A DNA stretch of 64,000 bases from assembly GCF_009914755.1 (NCBI RefSeq), contig NC_060936.1, one strand, 5' to 3'. This document shows, piece after piece, positions 45,765 through 63,350 of the stretch. The notes beneath the pieces were generated by a model that saw only the letters and a program-made list of their open reading frames with translations, was not told the DNA's origin and searched no databases. A program made the position numbers and the translations under genes. This DNA comes from the human T2T-CHM13v2.0 reference genome, Homo sapiens. Each line of letters begins with the position of its first letter. Within the stretch, counting starts at the first letter, position 1.

Positions 45765-46780
45765 TAAGTAGAGACAGGGTTTCACCATGTTGGCCACGCT
45801 AGTCTTGAACTCCTGGCCTCAACTGATCTGCCCACCTCAGCCTCCCAAAGTACTGGGATTACAGGCATGAGCCGCCTTGCCCCACCATCCCAAAGGAATT
45901 TAAACAGGAAAAGACAAAGTCAGACTTTTCGTGTAAAGAGGCTTTTGTCCTCAGGATAGAGAGCAAACCAGAAGTGGGGATGACTAAGCAGGTGGTGGGG
46001 GTGGTGGGGTAGTGCAGATTGGAGCTCAAGCTCCTGCAGCTGCAATGAAGCAAGAGAAACAGTAAGAGCCATGGGCCAAGGGGATGAAGAAGTAGATGGA
46101 TGTGAGTGGTGCACAGGGCTAGAGCTGCTCAAAGGCAAAGTCAAGGATGACTTGCAGTTCTCTAGCATGGTGCCATAGAGCATGGTAGGGAACCCAGGAA
46201 GAGGAGCATGGGTTGGAAGGAAGTGGGTACTGAGCTGACAAATCTGAAACGCAGGGAAGAGACGGATTGGCAGAGGCTCAGGAGACCCATATACAGACCT
46301 AGACAGGGAATTCCTGAGAATGGTTACCTATCTGGAGTACAGGGTGAGGTCATCCAGAAGAATCTGTCGAGTGAGAAGTGGAAAGGCCTGCAATACTTGT
46401 ATCAACACCAAAACTTGAAGGGTGGGTAGAGGAGATGGAGAAGAAATTGCTCAGAGAGACAGAAGGAAAACCGAGAGAGTAGAGTAGGTGGCCCAGCACG
46501 GTGGCTCACGCCTGTAATCACAACACATTAGGAGGCTGAGACAGGAGGAGTGCTTGAGCCCAGAAGTTTAAGACCATCCTGGGAAACATAGGGAGACCCC
46601 GTCTCTACAAAAAATAATAATAAATTAGCTGGATGTGATGGTGCACATCTGTAATACCAGCTACTCAGGAGGCTTAGGCAGGAGGATTGCTTAAGCCCAG
46701 GAGGTCAAGGCTGCAGTGAGCCATCATGGTGCCACTGCACGCCAGCCTGGGTGACAGAGTAAGATCCTGACTCAAAAAAT

Positions 46781-46811
<31 letters not shown>

Positions 46812-46815
46812 TTGA

Positions 46816-46920
<105 letters not shown>

Positions 46921-47224
46921 TGAGTAGCTGGGATTACAGGCATGCACCACCACACCCGGCTAACTTTGTATTTTTAGTAGAGACGGGGTTTCTCCATGTT
47001 GGTCAGGCTGGTCTCGAACTCCCAACCTCAGGTGATCTGCCCACCTCAGCCTCCCGAAGTGTTGGGGTTATAGCATGAGCCGCTGAGCCTGGCCAAAAAA
47101 TTTTTTAAGAAGAAAAGAAATCTGAAATCTATTTCATGTTATATCTGAAATAGACATGATATGCTTTCTCTTAGTTTTCTAAAAAATATGTTTAAACCCT
47201 TTTCTGGTTTAGAATTTACTGTAG

Positions 47225-47380
47225 TTTGGAGTATAAGATTTGTCCAGGTAAATTCCCAACATCCTTATCAAGGAGTCATCAGATAGTTTCCGTCTTTGAA
47301 GCCTGGGTTGTCTTTGAATTTAGAGCAAAGAATGGTTGGAGTTTTTCCAAAGTTGCCAGCAAAAAGCATGCGTTTAAGAG
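47225..47380 (+). pseudogene. Stop-free fossil exon LEYKICPGKFPTSLSRSHQIVSVFEAWVVFEFRAKNGWSFSKVASKKHAFK(R)
   Basis: tttactgtag acceptor; GAG|GTCAGA donor; 156 nt, phase 2-2, no stop (ORF 47226..47420). Confidence 0.6.
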
Positions 47381-47537
47381 GTCAGACTTGGCTTCTGGTC
47401 CCATCTTTGCCTGTAGCTAGATGTGTGATCCTGAGCACACTTAACTCTTCTGGGAGGCACTTTGTCAATGTAAATTGAGAAAGTACATAAAGTGACCTTG
47501 AAGGGCCCTTCTAGCTCAAAAACTTTATAGCAAATGA

Positions 47538-47777
<240 letters not shown>

Positions 47778-48609
47778 TGATCCGCCTGCCTGGGCCTCGC
47801 AAAGTGCAGGGATTACAGGCATGAGGTACTGTGCTCTGCCGGGACTCATTATTAAGTTCAGAATTTCTAGATCTTAGTGAGACTCCGTTCAAGCAAAACC
47901 ATACTATGATACAACGGTTAACAAGATGAGAACCTGGCAAACTTTTAAATTTTTATTTATTTACTTATTATTTTTTAGAGCCGGTGTCTCTCTCTCTTGT
48001 CCAGGATGGCCTGCAGTTCCTGAGGTCAAGTGATCCTCTGGCCTCAGCCTCCCAAGTAGTGAGAACTATGGGTATGTGCCATCACGCTTGGCTAACCAAC
48101 CCCCTGCTTAACCTGAGTTTGCAAATGTCAAAGTTGGAGATAGGTCATAAAATCGACTCACTGGTAGATTTTACAGACTGAATCTTGCTGTGTTGCCCAG
48201 GCTGGTCTATAAAACTTGGGCTCAAGTGATCCTCCCATTTGAGCCTCCCAAAGTGCTGGTATTACAGGTGTGAGCCATTTCCCCCAGCCCTGCAAATAAA
48301 CCTATTTTCTTTTTAAATTACTCAGTCTCAAGTGTTCCTTTATAGCAACACCAATGGACTAAGACGTATATGAATGTAGATTTACTGTATAAGAATGAAC
48401 TTGTTTTGGAAGGTCTGTCTTTTTATTGGAAGAATCGTAATTCTGGTGAGCATCATGCTGGACTGGGGATAGGAGAGTTGGCAGCTCTTCTTTCATCACT
48501 GCCTCACTGAGCCTCAGGCAAGACAGCTCACCTTCCCAAGCCATGAAAAGAAGAAAACCCTTTCTCCTTTCTGCCTGCTAAGGAGGGTTATTGGAGAAAA
48601 AGCCTGTAA

Positions 48610-48966
<357 letters not shown>

Positions 48967-49329
48967 TGAGCCACCATGCCTGGCCTTTTTTTTTTTTAAT
49001 TTATTTATTTGACACAGAGTCTCGTTCTGTCACCCAGGCTGGAGTGCAGTGGCATGATCTCGGCTCACTGCAACCTTCGCCTCCTGGATTCAAGTGATTG
49101 TCATGCCTCAACCTCCTGGGTAGCTGGGATTACAGGCACGCACCACCATGCCAGCCTAATTTTTGTATTTGTAGTAGAGACAGGGTTTCACCATGTTGGC
49201 CAGGCTGGTCTCAAACTCCTGAACTCAAGTGATCTGCCCGCCTCAGCCTCCAAAGTGTTGGGACATAGGCATGAGCTACCGTGCCTGGCCTGGGAACCAC
49301 AGAAAGTTCTGTTTCTGTTTCACTTTCAG

Positions 49330-49798
49330 GATTCTTCAGCTATTTGGCAAAGTTGAAGACATAAGTTCCCGGTTCACAACCATTTTCTCCATTTTACAGA
49401 GGGAGAGACGTAAGGCAGAAGAAGATTACATGTACGAGTTGACAGCATAATTCACTGGCAGAATTCCAAAAAGATGCTATCAGTCCAAAAGAAAATGATT
49501 CTGGGGAGCCATCTGTTCTCCAGCTGCAGAGATGTTTCTCTAAAGTGCAATAAGTATTGTTGAAACCATCTTTACTGTAGCGGAAGTCAATCACAGTCTG
49601 GATTCAGATGGGAGCTGGTTTAAGCATTCAGATGAAGAGATACTTCGTCATTTCTACCAGTGAGTCAACTTTATGACCTATCTACAACTTTGGCATTTGC
49701 AAACTCAGGTTAAGCAGGGATGGTTAGAGAGTTTATTTGATCTTTTAAATTATAAAACTTATGCAATGAGTCCAAAAAAGATGGATTACCTTGAGTAG
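49330..49798 (+). pseudogene. Fossil exon [39 protein letters not shown]...VETIFTVAEVNHSLDSDGSWFKHSDEEILRHFYQ*VNFMTYLQLWHLQTQVKQGWLESLFDLLNYKTYAMSPKKMDYLE*
   Basis: Strong acceptor gtttcactttcag; phase 2 start matches exon 47225-47380; TAG|GTAAAA donor; 156 codons, 5 stops. Confidence 0.55.
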
Positions 49799-50136
49799 GT
49801 AAAATAGTTATATTTGTTAAATTGACCAAGGATAAATAAAAACATAGCAAACCAGATCCAATTCTCAAATATTTTGATCTGGCTCATATCTAGGCAACCA
49901 GAGTTGGGCACTCGTCTAATGATGATGCAGTTGAGCTTAGATGGGAGAGTGGTGGGGCATGGGTAGAGAGGTACACGTGCTGGAGATGAGACACGAATGG
50001 CAGAATGTAGAGAACTGTTAAAACTGGGTGATGGGTATGTGAGGGTTCATTGTATTATTCTATTTACTTTAAATATGTTTGACATTTTCCAGAATAAGAA
50101 ATGGCTTAATACAGCAAGTTGCTAACCAACTTTTAA

Positions 50137-50743
<607 letters not shown>

Positions 50744-51406
50744 TAGCCAGGATGGTCTCGATCTGACCTCGTGATCCACTCGCCTTGGCCTCCCAAAGTG
50801 CTAGGATTACAGGCGTGAGCCACTGCGCCTGGCCTGTTGTCTTTTAAGTACACATCATGTTGAAAAAGATTATTCAGTAACTTACAAAAATTTAATTATT
50901 ATTATTTTTTGAAACAGGGTCTCACTTTCTCACTCAAGTAGGAATGCAGTGGTGCAAACACGGTTAACTGCAGTCTCAACCTCCAGAGCTCAGGTGATCC
51001 TCCAACCTGAGTCTCTGGAGTAGCTGGGACTACAGGCTCCTGTCACCATGCCCAGTTAATTTTTTGTGTTTTTTGTAGAGCCCAGGCTGATCTCGAACTC
51101 CTCGGCTCAAGTTACCTGCCTGCCTTGGCCTCTCAAGTCATGAGTTACAGACATGAGCCACTGCACCTGGACTTATTAGTTTTTTTTGAGACAAGGTCTT
51201 GTTTTATCGTCCAGGTTGGAGTGCGGTGACACAATCACGGCTCACTGCAGTCTCACATTCCTGGGCTCAAGTAATCCTCCTGTCTCAGCCTCCTGAGTAG
51301 CTGGGACCACAGCCGTGCACCACCACACCTGGCTAATTTTTTATTTTTTGTAGAGACAGGGTTTCACTATGTTGCCCAGGCTGGTGTCCAACTCCTGGGC
51401 TCAAGC

Positions 51407-51914
51407 TGTTACCGAATGGAAAGTCTTGATTGTGAGTTGTCCAGGTTCTTGGCACGTTGAACAAAGAATTGAACAAAATGCACAAAGCAACAAAAGAATG
51501 AAGCAACAAAAGCACAGATTTATTGAAATGAAAGTACACTCCACAGAGTGGGAGCGGACTCAAGCAAGCAGCTCAAGAGCCCCAGCTGCAATGTTGTTTA
51601 GGGTTTTTATTAAACTAAAAGAATTTTGCAACATCCCTAGGTACCCTTTAGAGGCTTCCAATTGCTTACATCCTATGCCAATGAAGGATTTGCCCACAAC
51701 CAATCAAAGGCTGAAGTGAAGGCTTGGCCCTCTACCAATTAGAGGCATTTACTGTTTGTGACCTAAGGGAGAGGGGATTTTGTAGAGGGAGGAGCCTCTG
51801 GCCCCTTATCACTTGGGCATGGAGAGGTGGGGTTTTCCTTCTGGTCCAGTTCCAAGAAGTCTGCTGCAGGTTGGCCTTAGGCTCCCTGTCTCCAGACCCT
51901 GTTCTCCTGCCTGA
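51407..51914 (-). mobile_element. Solo ERV1 LTR, MER51-like, inserted in an Alu
   Basis: TGTTACC...GTCCAGGTTCTTGGC...AACAAAGAATTG and ...CCAGACCCTGTTCTCCTGCCTGA ends; TSD AAGC/AAGT. Confidence 0.75.
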
Positions 51915-52349
51915 AAGTGGTGGTCCCACTTCGGCCTCCCAAAGTGCTGGGATTATAGGTGTGAGAGACCGTGCCCAACCTAATTGTGTATTTGAGATAG
52001 GGTCTTACTCTGTCACCTAGGCTGGAGTGCAGTGACACAATCATGGCTCACTATAGCCGTGACCTCCCAGGCCCACATGATCCTCCCACCTCAGCCTCCC
52101 AAGTAGCTGGGACCACAGGTGCGTGCCACCATACCCAGCTAATTTTTGTGTGTGTGTTTTGCAGAGATGGGGTCTCCCTATGTTGCCTAGGCTGGTCTCA
52201 GACTCCTGGGCTCGGCGAACCCCCTACTGGGCCTCTCAAGGTGCTGGGATTACAGGAGTGAGCTACCATGCCAGGCCTCAAAAATTTAGATAGTGGAACT
52301 TTTGCTTCTTCTTGACATTGAGAGAGGTTTGAAATTATTTGACTTTCAG

Positions 52350-53066
<717 letters not shown>

Positions 53067-53141
53067 CTATTTACTCCCTTATGTTTTTTTTTTTTAAATC
53101 ATTTTCCTTCTCCACCTTCCAGAAAAAAAAGTATTCACTCA

Positions 53142-53738
<597 letters not shown>

Positions 53739-53964
53739 TCAAAAACAACAGCAACAACAAAAAACCAAACACAATTTACTGGGAGCTTGCTTATGCTAGG
53801 TACAGATCTGTGTGCTGGGGACAAAATAAGACAAGTCTTCCCAAGTATTGCACTGTTTTAAATTTTCCCCTGATACTTAAGTTTCTCCCTAGCCTTTGTT
53901 GTTTTCATTGTCCTTCTGTGGCCACTTTCCAGCTGCATTAACTCTTCTTTTTGTGTTCCTCAAT

Positions 53965-56030
<2,066 letters not shown>

Positions 56031-56167
56031 TTAACTCTGGAGGTAGACCTGCCAGGCCTTTTCTAATGAGGGACAACCATGGCTTTGTACCCCAAGAACA
56101 TTTTTATTGAGTTGCTTTGTGTCTAGATCATTAGGAGAATTAATTAATACTTTCTCTTCCAATGAAG

Positions 56168-56357
56168 CTCAGCTGCGTCCTACATCGTGAATGAAAGGCT
56201 TTCTGTACATTTTTCCAAAAAAAACCTAGGACTATTATGGATAAGAAGTGACATTATCTGAGCAGCACTTGAAGCAAGAGAAATACATACTCTGATGCAT
56301 TATTTCAGTCTAAGGAAGTGGCCTGCCACGCACTCTCTCTCTCTCCGTGTGTTTTAA
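56168..56357 (+). pseudogene. Probable last fossil exon SAASYIVNERLSVHFSKKNLGLLWIRSDII*AALEAREIHTLMHYFSLRKWPATHSLSLRVF*
   Basis: ctttctcttccaatgaag acceptor; phase 2 start matches exon ending 53036; 1 internal stop in 62 codons. Confidence 0.5.
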
Positions 56358-56637
56358 TCTAATATAGCACAACTTGTCGAAGCAAATCTATAATGTATAT
56401 AAATAACAGAACAGTCTTAGGTCCTCATGAAGAGCGAACTGACTTTTTTATGTTTAAAATCTTAAATACTGGTTAAGTTAGAGGTGAGATTAAAAAGTGT
56501 AGGAAAATCGGCTGGGCCCGGTGGCTAATCTCAGCACTTTGGAAGGCCGAGGTGGGCGGCTCACCTGAGGCCAGGAGTTCTAGACCAGCCTGGCCAACAC
56601 AGTGAAAACCAGTCTCTACTAAAAATAGAAAAAATTA

Positions 56638-56811
<174 letters not shown>

Positions 56812-57594
56812 TCATCCAGTACAGCTGAAGAAATCGATACCTTAATTTACAACCTCAGTTTCTCTGTCCAAAGGCAATTCCAAGACTCGAGCAAATTCTT
56901 TTATTATGCTACGATTTTGGTTATTTTGAATACAGCTTTTCAAAGAGCCCTTGGGATTTGAGAGCCCTTGGTTTTCTAAGTGTTTTCAATAAGTCTTGTT
57001 TTTAAAGGCCGCGTCCTAGCGAGTGCAGCTGCCGCTCCTTACCGGACCCACGAGTGAGGAGCCCCGAGGTCATCACCGAGCATGAACGCGGGAACGTCTG
57101 GGAAGGAAATCTGAGGCCCTGCTCTGACGGTCATAACAAAGGCCTTCGAGCCAACCGGCGTGTTCAAATTCACCACGGCCCTTCCCGCGCTCCCCTCCCC
57201 GGAAACTTGACCACCTAGCCCAGAAAGCCGCAGCAGCTTCCTCAGGGACGCTATCTCCCATTTCAAACACCCAACCGAGAAAGCAGCGCCGCAGCGCGCC
57301 TTCCGCCACGCCCAGGTCCGCAGGTCTTCGCTCGGGGCGGAAAAGAATCCTCCCCGCGCACTCCCAGCCAGGAGGAACGCCAGAGGCCCCGCCCAATCCC
57401 TGTCGCTTCATTGGCTCTGGTGACCGGCCTCCCGAAAGTCGGCTTCCTATTGGTCGTCGTGGCCGCCGCTCTGCGCTTTTACCGGGGCACGCGGCGAGCG
57501 TGACCACGCCCCTTACGTCCGGACGCTCGGTCGCCTCCCGGGGCGCGGTAATCACCGCCCAGAGGGAAGGAGGTCGGCAGTGTGAGGAGCTGCT

Positions 57595-57648
57595 ATGGTG
57601 CTGAGTTTCCTGGTAGAGCCGGCCGAGCTGAGGCGGTCGCGGCCATGA
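57595..57648 (+). other. uORF MVLSFLVEPAELRRSRP* whose TGA overlaps the RNF34 ATG
   Basis: ATG at 57595 (G at -3, G at +4); TGA at 57646-57648 within ccATGAag. Confidence 0.7.
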
Positions 57649-57650
57649 AG
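57645..57650 (+). CDS. RNF34: RNF34 (RING finger E3 ligase, CARP1) exon 1 coding part: ATG AAG (MK)
   Basis: GCCATGAAG|GTGAGG consensus donor inside the CpG island; RNF34 begins MKAGATSMW and neighbours ANAPC5 (background knowledge); the rest of the CDS is outside the window. Confidence 0.85.
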
Positions 57651-60173
57651 GTGAGGGGCCGGTGGAGCCGGACAGACCCTCCTCGCCAATCCTATCCTGC
57701 CAGGGCACCTGAAGCGCCTCCTTTCTTTCCGCCTTAGCGGTTACCTAGTCGTCATCTCGGAGAGCTGCGCTGAGGGGGGTCGCTTGCCCGGCTTCAGGTG
57801 CCCCAACCGAGCCAGGGCAGGCTGCCGGACCCTCTCGAGCTCCTCCAGTGCCACCCCCGTCAGCGACCCGAGCGGTGGGGAGAAGCCGGGCGTCCCTAGC
57901 GTTCGCGCCGGGTGGGCCCCTCTCTGCGCCGGGCCCTGTGCGCCTCCTCGGGGGCCTGAGGCAGAGCCGCCAGGGCTCGCCTGAGCCTCGGTCCCTTGGC
58001 GCGCGGCGTGCCCTTTCCCGCCCCGAGTCCTTGAACTAACCCAAGTGTTGGGGACATCGTGGGACCGAGGAGAACAGGAGGGGTGCAGGGGGTGGTGAGG
58101 CTAGGGCCAGGCTAACGGGTTAAAGAACTCTCAGGGTGGGGATGCCACCCGGAAGGGGTGCTTCGTAGGCTGCACGTCGGGGCCGCGAACTAGAGAAGGC
58201 TGGATGTGCCTCCATCGCCACTAGGTAAACGCAGCAAGGAATTTGGCAGCTTGAGTTCTCCAAGGTGGGAGTGAGAGCGTGGGAGCATTACTGATGAGAA
58301 GTTGAAGAAAAGGGGAAAGGGGAGCGGGGTTTCCGGCCTACTTCTGAGAGATGATTCTCAACCCGATCACTGAGAGTTCTGAAGAGCTTTGTGAACAGCA
58401 GTCAGTTCAGGGTATTGATTCATTTGCCGAACTCAAACCAAGTGGGATGAGTCATAAGGTGATGATAACTTTCAGACCTAGATGGTTTCGTTAATCTCAG
58501 TGCAGAGGTGTGCTGGGGGTGGGTAATCTAGCAGGTGAGCTGCTAGATTAACGCTGTCTCCATAAAGCGTCAAAGATTTACTATAGAAGATTGAAAAAGA
58601 GTGTCAGCTGGTCACAGAAATTCAGCACATGTTTTGTTGAACGTTTTCTGTGCGTTAGCCAAGAGGGAGACATGGTGAAGAGAAGTAATTCAAAATACAG
58701 TCTCATCCCTTAGGAAGGCAGTTTACCATTCAAAAGAAGAGTTATTTGTAAGTAACCATATTACAAGGCAGAAGGCTATAGGTATCAAAAAAAAAAAAAA
58801 AAAAAAGGCAGGGACAAAACACAGGAGCCAGAAAGGATACTTCTGGCTACAGAAAGCAAGGAATATTTTTGGAATAGGTAACTTTGGAACTGTGCCTTGA
58901 AGTATGAGGATATTGTAAAAGCTTATTTTTAACTTTCCAGTTTAGTTATAAAATATTATTACAGCTTGAAATATCTATTAAAGTATCTAGAAGTAGCTTT
59001 ATTTCCTGAAAACCACCCTCTGCTGTGTTAAGATCCAAAAACAAAGCAGGGATCTTTATATATAATGCCTCGAAGAATCAGTATCTTTATTAATATTAAA
59101 TTTGTGGCCCATTAAGGAACTAGCTATCGAAGGAAAGAATTAGAGACAGGTCCAGTGTTGAAATTTTTAAACAAGTTCTTTGAAAACAGACGTGTGTTTT
59201 GAATTGAAGTGGAAGGTACTACTTTCTAAGATGAAATTTTAGAAACAAAGTTTGGTGGCAATTGAAATTATAGAAAAGATACGTATTTTCAGAAGCAAAA
59301 TATGGACCTGAATAGACATCAGCCTGTGCCAGATGACAGTTATAAATGATGCTTTTGTTTTTGTGAAACTGGATTTACACCATTGAGGATTTGGGCTGTT
59401 AAATGTTTATTATTTAACTTAATGTTGATTTATATTGAAATTGTTTAATTGTGGGTATGCTCATCTGTAGATTTCTGGGCAGAGACTGATTCCTGATGTC
59501 ATGGAATGCTAACATGTGAATGTTCATGTAAGGAAATACTTCTTTCTGTGGAATTAAAATTACATTAAAAGCTAAGCAAGTATACCTGGCCGGGTGCAAT
59601 AGCTCACGCCTATAATCCCAGCACTTTGGGAGGCCAAGGCAGATGGATCACTTGAGGTCAGGAGTTCGAGAACAGCTTGGCCAACATAGCAAAACCCTGT
59701 CTCGATTAAAAATTATTTTAAAAAGAAAAAAAGGAAAAAAAAAGTTAAGCAGTTAAAAATAAACAAGAAAAGCTAAGCAATTATATGGATAAGTACATGT
59801 TCACTCAAACCTGGAGCAGCTGGTTTTAGTATATGTACGGAATGGGTATTTACTTTCTCCCTTTGGCGTTTTGGTTTGGTTTGGTTTGGTTTGGTTTAGA
59901 AACTGATGTTTTGAAATAGGTCTTACCTCTCAGACTCAAGTAACTTTTTAACCTTGCAGTAACATCCAATCAACTTCCTATAAGGGATTAAAAAAAAAAA
60001 TCCAAATTGGTGCCCTGTGTTAATTTGATTTAATCCTCTTTCCCATTTTTCCTTATTTATATTGATCTCACCATTAATTGTGCTAATCTGGGTTCTTCCA
60101 AGCTCAAAATGAGATATCAAGGAGAAAGTAATCTACTGAATGTAATTCCTTTTCCTTTTTTTTTCTCTGAAAG

Positions 60174-60239
60174 GTGGGGGAGTGGTACTAAGGATCAAGT
60201 ATACTGTTAAAAGAAAACAAAAACCCAAGCATGAGGAAG
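60174..60239 (+). CDS. RNF34: RNF34 alternative 66-nt exon carrying ATG AGG AAG (60231-60239, MRK isoform start)
   Basis: Long pyrimidine tract plus AG at 60172-60173; donor AAG|GTAACA; matches the recalled MRKAGATS isoform. Confidence 0.8.
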
Positions 60240-60546
60240 GTAACATTTGTATCTATAGCACATGTTATTGTAATAATCGATCAGTTTGGCCAATGTCTTG
60301 TCTAAAAGTATTACATTTTAGAGTTCATCATCTGTTTTTGCAACCTGCTTAATGTCCAAATGGTATGAGAGAAATAATTTAGGATGTAGAATTCCTTCCT
60401 TTGTGGTATATGGTCGGATATTTGGTCACTAAGAAAGAGTTAGGTCCCTGCATATTGTATTTCAGTTGAAGCAGCAGTTTTGATAAGAAATCCTTTCACA
60501 TTCTAAGGAGCATATGTTTCTCAAATGGCTCTAAATAGGATAAAGA

Positions 60547-60877
<331 letters not shown>

Positions 60878-61200
60878 TTATCAACTGTTTTTTCTGCTTT
60901 GCTTTTAGTTATGTAGGAAAGTTTAACCTAACCAAGATTAAACTGTAAAACCGATTATTTTATATCACCGTTGCTAAGATTTAATACATCTTTTTCCTGT
61001 CGTTTAACACAGGACATTGAGTTTTAGCAAACTGAAGGTTGTCCAGAGTTTGAAACAAACCCTGGACATATAGTGGGTGAGTTCTCTGAGGAAGCTTTCA
61101 TTGATGGAAGAACAGTATCGCTCCTTGGTCCTTGTAGATTCATGTAGCATCTGAGACAATTATTTTTGAATTTAAAACTTCTAGGTTCATCCTTAAAATA

Positions 61201-61617
<417 letters not shown>

Positions 61618-63200
61618 TAGTAGAGACGGAGTTTCACAATGTTGCCCAGGCTGGTCCCAAACTCCTGAGCTCAGGCAGTCCACTTGCCTTGGCCTCCCAA
61701 ACTGCTAGGATTACAGGCTTGAGCCATGGCACCTGGCCTAGTTGTCTGTTTTCATACTCATAAACTTTCTTTTCCCACTCTCCCCCTATACTTCTCTTGT
61801 GTCTGGCTGTCATTTAATCTTTTTTTTTTTTTTTTTTTTTTTTTTGAGATGGAGTCTCTCTTTGTTGCCCAGGCTGGAGTGCGGTGGCACCATCTCAGCT
61901 TACTGCAGTCTCCGCCTCAAGTGATTCTCCTGCCTCAGCCTCCTGTGTAGCTGGGACTACAGTTGTGCACCACCACACCCAGCTAATTTTTTTTGGTATT
62001 TTTAGTAGAGACCGGGTTTCACCATCTTGGCTAGGCTGGTCTTGAACTCCTGACCTCAAGTGATTCTGGCCTCCTAAAGTGCTGGGATTAGAGGTGTGAG
62101 CTACTGCGCCCAGCCTGTCATTTAATCTTCATGGAAACTACCATAGCTTTTCTGATTCTTCGTTCTAGTCTGGCTGGTTGATAATATATTTAATGGAATC
62201 ATTAAAAGTTTAGGGTTGAAAATTTGTGGTAAATTTGTGAATTCTTTAAATTGAGCATTTTGAAGTATTTTCTCCCCACAGGGATTCTGAAAACATATTA
62301 GATTATACACACACAGAAGCAAAGACAGCTGAACCTTGAGGCCATTTGAAAATCCTGGCACTGTGCCAGAAAGAGAGCTGGGCTGCTGCTCTTGCAAAGA
62401 AACAGAACACCTTTCCTCTTGCTTTTGTTGACTGTAATGATGTTTCATGGGCTTATATTGTTTGACTCTGACTGAGGAACCTGAGAGAGTCCTTATAACC
62501 TTATTGGCTGGAAACTGTCATTCCTACTCTTACGCAGATTATTTAGGTTTGTATTCTTTCCCCTCCCATTTGCTTCCTCTCCTTTGCTCCTACAGAGGGG
62601 AGGGGGCTTCTAATTCATTTTTGGGGAGGGAACAGTATGGGAGAAACACTGTCAGTCTCTGCTATGGGAGGAAAAAGAGGGACTTGAATATTGAGGAGTT
62701 TCAGTGAAGGAACTGACATGCTTGGCTCAGTACTTTCTGGGACCTTCTCACATTTGTCTTCCTGTAGTGAAGATGGAGTTCTGGTCTCCACTCAACTAGC
62801 TGGTAAGCTGCTCTTGGTCAGCTGTATATTATCCAGACTTGGCTACAGAGCTAAGGTTCTGTTCTCCAGTTGATGCTATCAGTAAAAACAAACATTTTAA
62901 TTTCCATTTGTCTTCTTGCTTTTTTTTTCTTTTTGAGACAGGGTCTTGCTCTGTCACCTAGGCTGGAGTGCAGTGGTGCAATCTCTGCTTACCGCAACCT
63001 CCGTCTCCCAGGTTCAAGCAGTTCTCCTGCCTCACCCTTCTGAGTAGCTAGGATTACAGGCATCCACCACCATACCTGGCTAATTTTTGTATTTTTAGTA
63101 GAGACGGGGTTTCACCATGTTGACCAGGCTGGTCTGGAACTCCTGACCTCAGATGATCCTCCTGCCTCGGCCTCCCAAAGTGCTGGGATCACAGGCGTGA

Positions 63201-63350
<150 letters not shown>

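Larger units (their letters stand above)
57000..58200. promoter_or_regulatory. CpG island / RNF34 promoter with GC box and CCAAT/ATTGG boxes, probably bidirectional
   Basis: High CpG density; GGGGCGG ~57334, CCAAT ~57393, ATTGG ~57410 and ~57449. Confidence 0.85.

Noticed and set aside
57073-57708. 211-aa minus-strand ORF across the RNF34 promoter
   Set aside because: Non-ATG start in a GC-rich CpG island where stops are rare; it spans the core promoter and resembles no domain I recognise.
62282-62802. Strong acceptor ttttctccccacag in the RNF34 intron
   Set aside because: No convincing nearby donor or RNF34-like coding sequence, so an exon cannot be supported.
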